A stretch of 64,000 nucleotides of DNA. It comes from Lama guanicoe. Its lineage: Eukaryota. Positions 27,766 through 38,399 of this stretch are shown in pieces; within the stretch, counting starts at the first letter, position 1, and each line of letters starts with the position of its first letter. Position numbers and translations under genes: made by a program. The stretch is taken from contig MU053557.1 of NCBI GenBank assembly GCA_013239625.1, positions 1,557,063 to 1,621,062 of the forward strand, in the 5' to 3' direction. Below the pieces are notes generated by a model. That model did not search any database and was not told the origin of the DNA. It saw only the letters and a program-made list of their open reading frames with translations.

Positions 27766-29152
27766 AAGCCTTTATTGACCCTGCAGCCAAGAAAAAAACA
27801 GAGTTCCTGAAAGAAAAATACAGGAATGTTCTCCAAGCACACCATTCGAATATTCCAGTATTCCCCTGACAAGAACACCATGTCCCCCACCATGACGCAG
27901 CTGATGCGATGGGTCCACATTGTCTATGGCATGGTCTGACCATGTTTGTCTCCAAACACTTTGCCTCTATGTCAAATCTCATCTGCTTAGCTGAGGGCTG
28001 TAATCTCCTGCTCCCTCCTCTCTCTCCATTGCACCTTGCTACTTTGTTTGGAGAAGCACCAAACTTCTTACCAAGAGCAGCTTCAGTTATTTGATTTCTG
28101 CTAACATGCAAGATTAATGTGTAAAGCGATGTGAATCTGGTGTAATCCATCACACAATCAGTCGTTGGCCTTGCTTTAATGAGAGTATTATGGAGAATGA
28201 CATTGTTAATTAAGTCCCAATATGGTAGAGCAGGCATCTCAAGGAGAAAAGGCCAACACTATGAGTCGCCATCTGCAGATTTTTGATTCCAGAACCACAG
28301 CCTAGCTATTCATCTTCTCAGGGGACATACGGCTTGGCAGGTTCACTCTGCCAGGACAAGAGTCAGAGGAGTACCTCCACATGGGAAAAGAATAGGCTGA
28401 CTTTGGGTTAAGCCTGCTGTGGGGAGACTGCATGTTGCATTTATTGGTAAATCCAACAAGACATTTGCAGGCATGCAGTAAACCCACCAGGTTGAATAAC
28501 AGTGTCTATGCTACAAAAGAGGGCCAGGGGAGGCAACATGATGCGGCGTAAGGAACCCAGGGCTGAGAGTCTTGGAGCCGCGACTCTAGGTCCCGCTCAG
28601 CGGGTTACTCATTCCAAAACTTGGGCTTCACTGCCTCCACCCAGATGGTCATTGGTTACCTTCCAAGACTGACAGTCTCTTACTAGAGCACCACCTTTGC
28701 CACAGTTCTGCCATACGAACAGCCTGCATTTCCACCTCCTTGGCTGCTAATAACTTACACTTCCCCACTTGCCTTAAGAGCTGTGGATCTCGGGGGCCAG
28801 AGTAGGACAGAAAAAGCAGAAACCATTCCGGAACACAGATGCTTGATGAGATACATCGTTGAGGTAGTGCCCATCAACATCACAGGTAGATGTGATGTGA
28901 CCTCTCAAGGCTAGTTCAAAAAAGCAATCCTTTACAAAGGTTACTATAAGACTAAGCACATTTTCTTCCAACTTCCCAGTTTCCCCTCAACCATCCTAAA
29001 ATAACTGGCGTCCTCAAGCTGCTGACTTTTCAGATAATTGAGCCTGAAAATGAAGTCTCATTGTTCAGCAGAGTTACTTGTCCTTCATGGTCTCATGGAA
29101 GCCTTGGGAAATGTTTGATGTTTTACTACTGACAATACTAATAACCATGTCT

Positions 29153-29299
29153 CAAGGGTCAGCAAACTGTAGCCTGTGGGTCAAGTGTGAACCATAGCCT
29201 ATAAGTTAAAAAAAAAATGACAGAGATACTATTGCGCCTACTACAAAGCTTAAAATATTTACTCTCTGGCCCTTCACAGTAAACTTCTATCCACCCTTG
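29153..29299 (+). mobile_element. hAT-Charlie MITE, MER58-like
   Basis: Termini caagggtcagcaaac and ccacccttg; internal aaagcttaaaatatttactctctggcccttcacag. Confidence 0.7.
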
Positions 29300-30191
29300 A
29301 ACTAGCATAAATTTGAGACTTCATTACTTAAAACTTATATAGGAGATATAAAGCTAGAGACTTCTTTCACACTTGACTCTAATTTCTAAGCAGAAGGTTA
29401 AGGTACCCCCTCAAAGAAAAGCTCCCTGAGGCTCTCTCTTGAAACAAAGAATAAACGCCACGAAGGCAAAGTACACCCTCTGAAATCGTATCAGAGAAAT
29501 CAGCATCATCAGCTGGGAGATGAGAATGAGTTGCCCAACTGAAGAGAAGAAAATGTTCAGAAGTACAAAAGAATATAAAGAGTTTGAGAAAATCCAAGAG
29601 GTCCACCTAAGGTCCGAGTGCAAGGTGAGTATTACTGAGATTTAAGGCTACACAAGTAAATAAAGTTTAGAAATGAAAGAACTTACACACAGAAAAGTCT
29701 GCACTGGGGAGCAACTGGAACTCCAGTCCACTGCTTGCCTAGACACTTACCACTAAACCCAGAGCATCCCCTGACAAATGAGTCAGATCCTACTCTTAAT
29801 GTGAGGCTGTAATGGTAGTTGAGTGAAAAACAGGAGATGTTATTGGATCTCAGCTCTAAAAGTCCATCTGAGGCCTTCCAAGATCCATAAAGCATCCATT
29901 TTCCCTCTCACATGGTCCTAAGGCCCTCAGGTGAGTCGAGACATTTCAGATAGAATTAGGAATAGCAGCGAAAATACTCTGAAAATAAAAATCTGAGAGT
30001 CAGGAGAATCTCCTAGGGAAACATATTTTGACAAAACACACACCAAAAGAAATAGCATGTTGCTTGCTGTCAAGAAATGGTTATCACGTTGTCCACTGTG
30101 GGACCAGAAGGAAGAAGTTATCTCATTTATCACGTATTTAGGCAAAAGGAAAAGGATGAAAAAAAGACGTTACTTAGTAAAATGCAGTGTT

Positions 30192-30329
30192 GAGGGAAGG
30201 TACAGCTCAGCAGTAGAGTGCAGGCCTAGCATGCATGAGATCCTGGGTTCAATCCCCAGTACCTCCATTAAATACATAAATAAATAAATAAACCCAATTA
30301 CCTCCCCCACAACAACAGTAAAATAAAAT
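30192..30329 (+). mobile_element. Camelid tRNA-derived SINE (Vic-1-like)
   Basis: Head gggaaggtacagctcagcagtagagtgc...cctgggttcaatccccagtacctcca with A and B boxes; (taaa)n; TSD aaaatgcagtgt (30179-30190) / aaaacgcagcgt (30330-30341). Confidence 0.9.
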
Positions 30330-30641
30330 AAAACGCAGCGTCAAAGTATATTGCATCCTCACAATTCCCATCCAGAAAGTCAACCTCCATACCTGTTTTG
30401 ACAATGCTTTAGCAAACTTCTCTGCAAAATGTGTCATTTTTTGGATAACTAGTTAGCCACCCACAAAGCTCAGCAGGGAGACCCCAGGAAAGAAGATGAG
30501 AAAAGAGGGAAGCGACAAGAGATCCACTTGTACCTTGCTAAGAGCCTTTGGGAAATCGCAAGCCTGGATTCTGATGTCTGTCACAGGTGCCCAGAAACCG
30601 TGGGTCCAAGATCATGAACCGTTTCTGCCACTGGTCATTAT

Positions 30642-30680
30642 GACGAGACTGGGAACGTTCAGGGTGGTATGGCCGTCGAC
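30642..30680 (-). pseudogene. 5S rRNA 5'-end fragment (nt 1-39), tailless retropseudogene
   Basis: Reverse complement GTCGACGGCCATACCACCCTGAACGTTCCCAGTCTCGTC versus mammalian 5S GTCTACGGCCATACCACCCTGAACGCGCCCGATCTCGTC gives 34/39 identity; 17-bp TSD ccactggtcattatgac (30628-30644) / caactggtcattatgac (30681-30697). Confidence 0.9.
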
Positions 30681-30685
30681 CAACT

Positions 30686-30698
30686 GGTCATTATGACC
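30686..30698. promoter_or_regulatory. Perfect consensus estrogen response element GGTCAnnnTGACC
   Basis: GGTCAttaTGACC inside the 17-bp inverted repeat ctggtcat-t-atgaccag (30684-30700); motif match only, no binding data. Confidence 0.55.
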
Positions 30699-30939
30699 AG
30701 AGAAGGGAGAACCGCATTTTCATGCCCTGGGAGAGTCAAAGCAGTCAGACTAGCTCAGCATCACCAAATGGGGGTGTGGTGGGGAGGGCGAGTATTATTT
30801 AGGAAATTAACCTCAAAGGCACAGCATGCCACATCCATTAGGTTGGTTAAGAGTAAAATTGTGAGGTGAAGATCGGTGAAATAAGGAATTTAATGAACCA
30901 TTCACTTCTTAAATGGGCTAGAATTTGATAAGAACTATG

Positions 30940-31449
30940 GGTACCTCCTGTGCATTAATAAAGCCTCTCAGCCCCACTTTTCTTCCAGCCAGGGCTGCAC
31001 TGACCAGTATGCACTGACCACTATGCAGGCTTCAACCAGCTTCAGTTAGTGTGACCTGACCGTCCTTTACCCCAGTTAGTACTCCTGCCTGGGGCATCCC
31101 TCAGGGATCCCCTGGCACTCACGCATGTGCAGCCCAAGAGTGCCGAAGAGTTAATGCCCCACGGCACAACTGCTGACCAAAGAGTGGGTCACGGTGGCTG
31201 CTGTATCATTATTCCTCTTTTAGATGAACAATTCCAAGGCACAGTTCCTCAAAGTCCTCAGCAACCCTCAGAATCAATTAACTGGCTGATTAGCCAAATC
31301 AATAACACACCCTCTTAATGGCCTTCCGACCTTCCTTGTTTTCATCTCCTTGTCTCTCATGCCTGCTTCCTAGAATCACTTTCCTAAACAAAGCATCTGC
31401 ACACTGGTCTTTCTCCAGTCTCTGCTTTCAGGGGAAGCCAGGTTAAGAC
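30940..31449 (+). mobile_element. ERVL LTR, LTR16-like
   Basis: gcactcacgcatgtgcagcccaagagtgccgaagagttaatgcccc; tcctagaatcactttcctaaacaaagc; 3' end tctgctttcaggggaagccaggttaagac. Confidence 0.75.
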
Positions 31450-31529
31450 GGGTGACATTTAGCAGCCTCTACAGCACTGGTTTTTAAGTTGGGACCCACA
31501 GGACTCTGGGTTTCTTCACCAATGCAACA

Positions 31530-31980
31530 TATACTTACTCTTCCTATTAGGCACCTGGCACTTTTCTAGGTGTCTAGGATATAGCACAGAACAATGTTCC
31601 TGCTCATACAGAGCTGGCATTCAAGTGGGCAGAAACAAGTAACCATCAAGTCAACAAATAAACAAGGTCATTTCAGAAAGGGAGGAAGAAAATAAACAAG
31701 ATGAATGTGGCAGTGAGTGAGGGGCATGTGGATGTCTAGAAAGTGTAAGGAAAGAAGTCCCTTCTCAGGAAGTGACACTTGAGCTCAGCTCGAAATCTGA
31801 AAAAGAAACTAGTACTAGAGCTAAGATATTGTAGAAAGAAGTTTCCATGAAAAAAGCAGCAGTTGAGTACAAAGGCCATAAATTCTAAAAACGTATGCCT
31901 GGAGTCCACTGAGCCAGTGGGAGACTGTCGTGTCCTGACCTGATACTGGAGAGAGGTGGAGGGTTAAGCCAGGTGGCCAA
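31530..31980 (-). mobile_element. L2 fragment
   Basis: ggcacctggcacttttctaggtgtctaggatatagc; cttctcaggaagtgacacttgagctcag. Confidence 0.65.
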
Positions 31981-32289
31981 CAAGAGAGTGTACACAGCAT
32001 TACCCAGCCTCTCAAATCGCCGAAGTACTCCTGGTGGGTCAAGTCCAGCAGTTCTGTCCTCTTCCCTGGAAGGGGACTTTCCCTCTTAGGCACTATGTAA
32101 AGGGGATTCTCTGGAGCCCACCATGGGCTTCTTCAATGTCGATGCCTTCGCTACCATCTCATGCCTTGTGGTAATGGAAAATGATTAAATGGGGCTTAGA
32201 AAAATCAGTGTCAAAGGTGCTCCTGGTTAAAAAGTTGGTAGGCAACAGAGAGTTGTAGAAAATATATCAATACATGGAAATCACATACC

Positions 32290-32339
32290 AGAAAAGGATT
32301 TTGAGGGGTCAAAAAGAAAAGGATTTTGAGGGGTCAAAA
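32290..32339. repeat. Perfect 25-bp tandem duplication
   Basis: agaaaaggattttgaggggtcaaaa x2. Confidence 0.95.
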
Positions 32340-33669
32340 GACTCATTCCTATATCTTGCTAAAATGGTATTTTGCAAAATAATATGGTCTTCCATCTAAG
32401 ACCAAGGCAATTCTATTACTTCATCCAGAATCTTAACAACTCTCTCAAAAATGTCCAGCTGAATCTAATGAATACCTTCTTTTACCAGCCAGAGCAAATC
32501 TTTTCTCTCCTACCCTCTCATCTTCTAGGGCTCCCCGTCCTTACACTCTCTTCCCTTTCCCTATTTCTGCTGAAGCCTGGTTTCCTGGCTCCTATCTATC
32601 AGGATCTGATAATGGCTCAAAGTGTGAGCCCTGACCAAATTCAGGAATCAGCCATTAGGCAAGAAAGGCTTATTCTGAGATGTCTGAACACCACTGTACC
32701 CTCCACAAATGTGTCCACACTAGTCCTGATGGCAAGGAGACAATACAGAAAAACATAAAACTTCTTCCCCTCATAACCTAAAACATTTTCTTCCACCTGG
32801 ACCTCAAGGCTCTGAATGTGTAATAAGGTGCTTTAGTCTGAGAAAAGAGCAGGGTCCCCAATCAAACTTTCTTCTTCCCATCTTCTGAGAGGAACTTTTC
32901 CCCGTTCCTATTTGAATTGTTAATCCTCTCCTGTTGCTGTTGGCAGAAACATATATCTTATGTCATTTTGATAAAGTTGTGCATTTAATGTTCCTACAGT
33001 TATGTGCAAAGGAAAAAAAATCCTAACATTTTTAAAATAAGGCACTTGAAGCAGCAGAGAGAACATGATGGGGAATGACTAATTCCTAGGTAGTAGGTTA
33101 CCCCCAGGAACATACATCATTCTCCAGCCTGCAGAAAAGAATAGGCATTTTTCATTCTCCTTTGCACACATGCTCTGTTTATCCCCTACTCTGTGAGAAG
33201 GAGAGGGTCTGGCTTTGTTTCTTTGGGCCATCTGAAACATGAAGAAAAAGAGATGTGTTCCCCAAGCCTTTTTCTCCCAAAGGAAGGAAAGACACTGAGA
33301 CATTCCAGTTATAATGAGAATTGAAGGGCCTCAGAGAGGTAAAGTGGATTTTCCAGGGACGCGCTGGATTCCTTTCAAGTGCCCCTAGCAAAACCGGCTT
33401 CCAAATGAGTGGGGAAAAGATAAGGAAAGCTGTAGGGTGCCTGGTCTCCAGAGTAAACTCACCAAGATTCAGCACACTTTGCCCTGAGCAGAGCTGCGTA
33501 AGCCCTGATACGAGGAAGGTGACAAGGTGCATTTGTAAATATTTAGAACGGTTTATCTCTAAAATATATATCTAAATTTAGGGCAAAAACTGAATTTATG
33601 CTAGGAGACATTTGAGACTTGGTTTGAACTGGACCCAGGAAAATCATGAAGGAAAAGTAAAATGCTCAG

Positions 33670-33910
33670 TATTGCAAAGTGTGCTTAAGAGCAGAACTCC
33701 TTGCTTCCAATCTATTCCAGTCCCCACTGGCTGTGTAATCCTGGGAAATCTGCTTACCCTCTGTAAGTCTTGGTTTCCTCATCTACACAATGAGCATTTA
33801 CTATTATTCATTATTAACAATAGTGCCTACTATTATAATAGGGTCTGTGGTAGGACTGTGAGAGACAGAGCTGGCGGGGGGTTTAGTGTTGTGCCTGGCA
33901 TGTGTGAGGA
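33670..33910 (+). mobile_element. MIR SINE
   Basis: ctggctgtgtaatcctgggaaatctgcttaccctctgtaagtcttggtttcctcatctacacaatg. Confidence 0.75.
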
Positions 33911-34669
33911 GGTCTGACTGAAGGTCAGACACCTGATGGTGATGATCAGGACGTGAGGAGGAATAGGCACAACAGCCTGGGAAGATTCCAGATGTTTGAT
34001 CCAGGCTTCTTGAAAACCAGTCCTTTCTAGGACACATGCATGAACAGCAAAAAAAGAAAGAAAAAAAAAAAAAACGGCCAGGCTATGCCATCCAGATACC
34101 ATAAACTATGAGCTTGGGGGCTGTTATCATCATTTTGCAGAAGGAAAATTGGCCTTCAGAGTTACAGTGACTCCCCAGGGCTTACCTTGGGATTAAGTGG
34201 CAGAGCTGGGATTTGGACCCACTTGCTCATACTCACGCATGCTTTTCCTGCCGTAAACTCCTCCCCGGAAGGCAGAGCTTTCCAGGGGGAGGCAGTGGGA
34301 AGAAACTCTGAAAGGTCCCAATGCAATGAGGCATCACTAGAGAATGAAGCTTGTCGAGGGTGGGCTCAGAGGGGCCTTTCTCCTCTTTTTGATTATAAAG
34401 AAAAGCTCACAGCTTTGAAAGTGGTTTTAAGAGGAGGAAATGCTTGAGTGCTTGCTCCACTCACGTGCAGTGGCAAGTCTGAGGAAGGGGGTCTTGTCAG
34501 GAGCTCTCAATCTGCTGACCCCGTTTGTCATTGGCCTGGTTCTCTTTCCGGGACATAGGAATGGACTGCTGTGGGAACACCTTGGCTCATGGCAGGGCTG
34601 CCCACCCAAACTCCCTGCCCAACACAAGCATCTTCACTCAGTAGGTAAAAGTCAAAAGGCTTCATGTCA

Positions 34670-34900
34670 GGTTTGCTATGCACCAGGTGCTGTGCTGAAC
34701 CCTGAACAAGCCCCATCTTGTTCCATCCTCTCAACAATCCTATGACATGGGTGTTCCTATGCCTGTTTTACAGGTAAGGAAACTGAAGCCCAACAAGGCC
34801 AGGTCCATGACCAGTGTCATACACATGATGAGTGGGAGATCCAGGATTCAAATGCAGCCCAATCAGACTTAAAACTCAGATTCAGTATACTGTCACAGCC
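34670..34900 (-). mobile_element. MIR SINE
   Basis: ttttacaggtaaggaaactgaagccc...ccaggattcaaatgcagcc. Confidence 0.7.
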
Positions 34901-36889
34901 TGAAGAGAAATTCCTAAAGAGACTGCATCATCGAAACAGCCATTGTTAGCTCCCAGGAAACAAAAATCGATCTAGATCCTTTTTTATTAGGACAGTGCAT
35001 CTTTTCTGGGAACAAGGTTACTTCTTTAAACTGCCACAGCCCTACCATTGAGAAAAATGTCTTGCTTGTAGATGGCAGCCACCCTGATTTGAAAGGGATT
35101 AACTATCGGCAGTGGCACCTGTGACTTCTACGATTTCCAAAGGCTGGCAGGACAAATTCAATGTAACATTCTCTGCACACATTCTCTGCATCATCCTTTA
35201 CCACTACCAAGTGGTGGACTCATTCACTCTGAGTAATAGAGCAAACACAGGACAGTGAAAATGTGTGATATATCGAAAGCTTTAGCTTATGCAAGGAAGA
35301 TGGCTTTTTTTTCCTCTTCCCACACTCTGTGCACCTCCATTAGCTCAGGCACCGGCTGCAGAGTTGTCCTTTAAAAGGACAACACAGGGAACAGAAACTT
35401 GGGACCAAACAAACATGATTCCTGTATCAGCTCTGCCTTTTCCCCTGCTGCATGCCACTGGGCACATGCATTTATTCATCCTCCAACTACAGGGGCACGC
35501 TCAGCACTGTGGCAGGCAGAGTGGACACCAAGGTAAAGGAATTATGTCCTGCCCACAAGGAGCACGAAGCTGGGGCAGAACCAGAGAAATGGACCGACAA
35601 TAATGACACAGTGTGGGGACTGCAGGAAGAAAGGTGTGTGCAAGACAATGTGCGTATCACTCTGCTTCTCTGAACCTCCATTTCCTCATCTGAAAAATGG
35701 AAACGGTAACAAAAACCGATTTCATAAGGCTGGTGTGAGAGAAATAAACAATTCTCCACGGTTCATAATCTCTGGCCACACGAAATTGAATGACTTATGA
35801 GAACATGTCTTCTAATATGTATTTCCTACAGAATCTGCTTCACATTTGCTCGGCCGCTTGTGATCTAGCCAAAGGTAGATGGCCTTCCATGACCAACATG
35901 CCCCCTGAAAATTTATCCCATCTACCAACATATCTCTGTAAGAGAACCCCACAGAATCTGTAGGAACCCTCTTTATTTATCTATTCATTACTATTACTAT
36001 TATTATTTCCTGCTCTGTGAAGGTAGGAAATCTGTCACATCTTATTGTTTATGGTAGTTTCCAATGTCTAGAAGAGTGGCTGGCACATAGTAGGTCTTCA
36101 GTACCTTATGAATGAATGAATACATAATGCATCCAAATCTCTAATATGTCAGACTTGCGAGTCCGAGGCTAAGCCTCCTCTTTTACCTAAGATATCTGTA
36201 GCATTAATTCAGCAAAGGTTTAAAAGAATCAACTCTGCCTTCCAGGTCCTGCGCAGCCTTCTTTTGGAGATCAGAAGAAGAAACCAAGGCACCAATGATA
36301 CTGAACCACCAGATCATTTATTATCATATTATTATTACCCTGAACTCAGCTCAAGTCCCAACCATTCCTCCTTCCCTGCCTCTCTGAATTAAATGGGCTG
36401 ACTGTCTTCCCCCAACATCCCATTGGGAAAAGAAGAGGCCTTTGTCAGAACCACGAGAACTGGCAGATGAGAGAAGAGAAATAAAATCCATCTTTAAAGC
36501 TGTCCTGTGGTTTGCCTGCAGGGGTGGTGCCGCTCTCCTCATGTTTCTCAGTGACGTCCAGCCCAAACATCTATGCTCTCGAAAAGAGAAATAAGCTGTC
36601 CCTCAAGATCAATATAGAAAGAACTGACATTTCCTTCAGACATTAAGTTTTCATTGTGGTGAAGACAAGACAGGGAACAGGGAGGATGGAGAGGTTTTGG
36701 AGTAAAACTAACTTTCAGCTCCACGTTAAATGGCAAATGCTCCAACAGGAATCAAATGCCTCAAGAGCTGCAGACTCTGGAAATGATCTCTGGGGTAAAT
36801 GCCCCAGGAAGGTCTCACTTTGACAAATTGTTCCTGTTACTCATTTCTTTCTTACAGGTAACATAGAGGGGACCTCCCAAACAATGACA

Positions 36890-37110
36890 ATGATCAGTAT
36901 TTATGGTGAATTTTCTACATGTCAGGTATACTGCTAGACCATTTGCATCCACTATTTAATTCTCATTAAATCCTAGATTGGTCTTTACTATTAAAGTGAT
37001 TGCTCTTTTAAGGCTCAGAGAGGTGAAGTCACTAGCCCAAGATCACACAGCTAGTCAGTGTCAAAGTGAGGATGTGAACTCAGATCTGTTGACTTGAGGG
37101 CTCCAAGTCC
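36890..37110 (-). mobile_element. MIR SINE
   Basis: aggctcagagaggtgaagtcactagcccaagatcacacagctagtcagtg. Confidence 0.8.
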
Positions 37111-38399
37111 GTCACACAACCTGGGATAGAAAATATGCAAAAAGAGAACACTGGGAGGAAAAAAGTTTAATCTGGCCTTTCCTTCCCACCTAGGCCACCA
37201 GGATTCTGACTCAGATGGTGTTAAAGGATCTCAAACTTGGAGGCATCCAAAGACAAGCAGTTTACCCATCACTGAGGTGTTTTTTTTCTAAGCCAAGTCA
37301 CCGGGTAACCAGATTCACTTGCCAACATATAATTGGGCTAGGTACATCACAGCTCTGACCTACTTCAAAATCAATTTTGCTGTGCCCCACAAACTCTTCC
37401 AAACTACTTTACAAGCACCATTCTGTTTTTGTTAAATAAATCTAATTGCTCCTGGGGTGTTAACAGATGACACTGCCTCCCAGGAAGAGTTGGCCACGAT
37501 CGGAGCTTCTGTGCAACAGTCTTGCAAGAAAAATTCCTGAGTCCTGGCTTTGGACAAATTCACCAACAGTCCCCAAGGATGGCCCCAAGAGTACCCCAGA
37601 CATCTGCCTGTGAGTTTAACCATCTAATGTAATGTGTCATTGAGAGACCCTGTAACGCAGTCCTTCTATTAATCAGATTTAAGATTTTCCTCTCTCCTGA
37701 ATGCTTTACTCCAATCTTAGCTTTTCTTTTCTTTTTTTTTTTGAGACCAGGATCTAAAACAAACAAACAAAAATGGGTTTCAAAGATGGTATCCATTTGT
37801 AAATATCCCCCCTTAGAATTAACTGAGGGTAAGAAGTACAGAATCAGTGGTAAGAGAACAGAATAATCTGGGAAAGATAGATTCACTTATTCAGTCTCAT
37901 ATTCAGTCCCCAGTAGACCGTATTCAGCCCCACAGTACCATAAACCAGGCCCTGTGCTGGGCTCGGTGGGTTCACTGCCACACTGAGCCAGCCAGATTTC
38001 CTGCCTTCATGGAGCTTACAGACTCGTGGGGGAGAACACCATGAAAACAATCACACCAACAGATGTCCACTTTTTTTGTTGTGATAAATGCTATACTAAT
38101 AGTGAATGGTACCATGAGAAAGTGTAAAGAGAATGTGGGCAGAAACTCCAAGGATGTGACTGTTCAACTTAAATCTCAAGGAGGAGATATGAATTAAGAG
38201 AAGAGAGAGAAATCACCAGATGAAGGTACTATGGTGAGAACAGACTGGAGGGGTGATACTGGGCCCTGATGAACAGTGCTTCTTCTAGACCAGTTCAATT
38301 TGTACTCCCTCTGGCATCACAGATGACTTGAGTTCCCAAAGCCCTAGAAATTATCTCAATCTCTCAGCCATTGTAAGAATCTCAGACTCAATTTTATTT

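Noticed and set aside
27740..28237. 157-aa minus-strand ORF, and AATAAA followed by (AAAC)n suggesting a retrocopy tail
   Set aside because: No homology and no TSD found; the tail is a simple microsatellite
28860..28880. tgaggtag let-7-like seed
   Set aside because: Only 9 nt match and no hairpin is evident
30192..30270. tRNA-like A/B boxes suggesting a tRNA gene
   Set aside because: It is the head of a SINE with linker, tail and TSD, present three times in the window
32372..32758. 128-aa ORF
   Set aside because: Non-ATG start, low-information sequence, no domain
37467..37613. 48-codon ATG ORF between a weak acceptor and a gtgagt donor
   Set aside because: Poor polypyrimidine tract and no recognisable product
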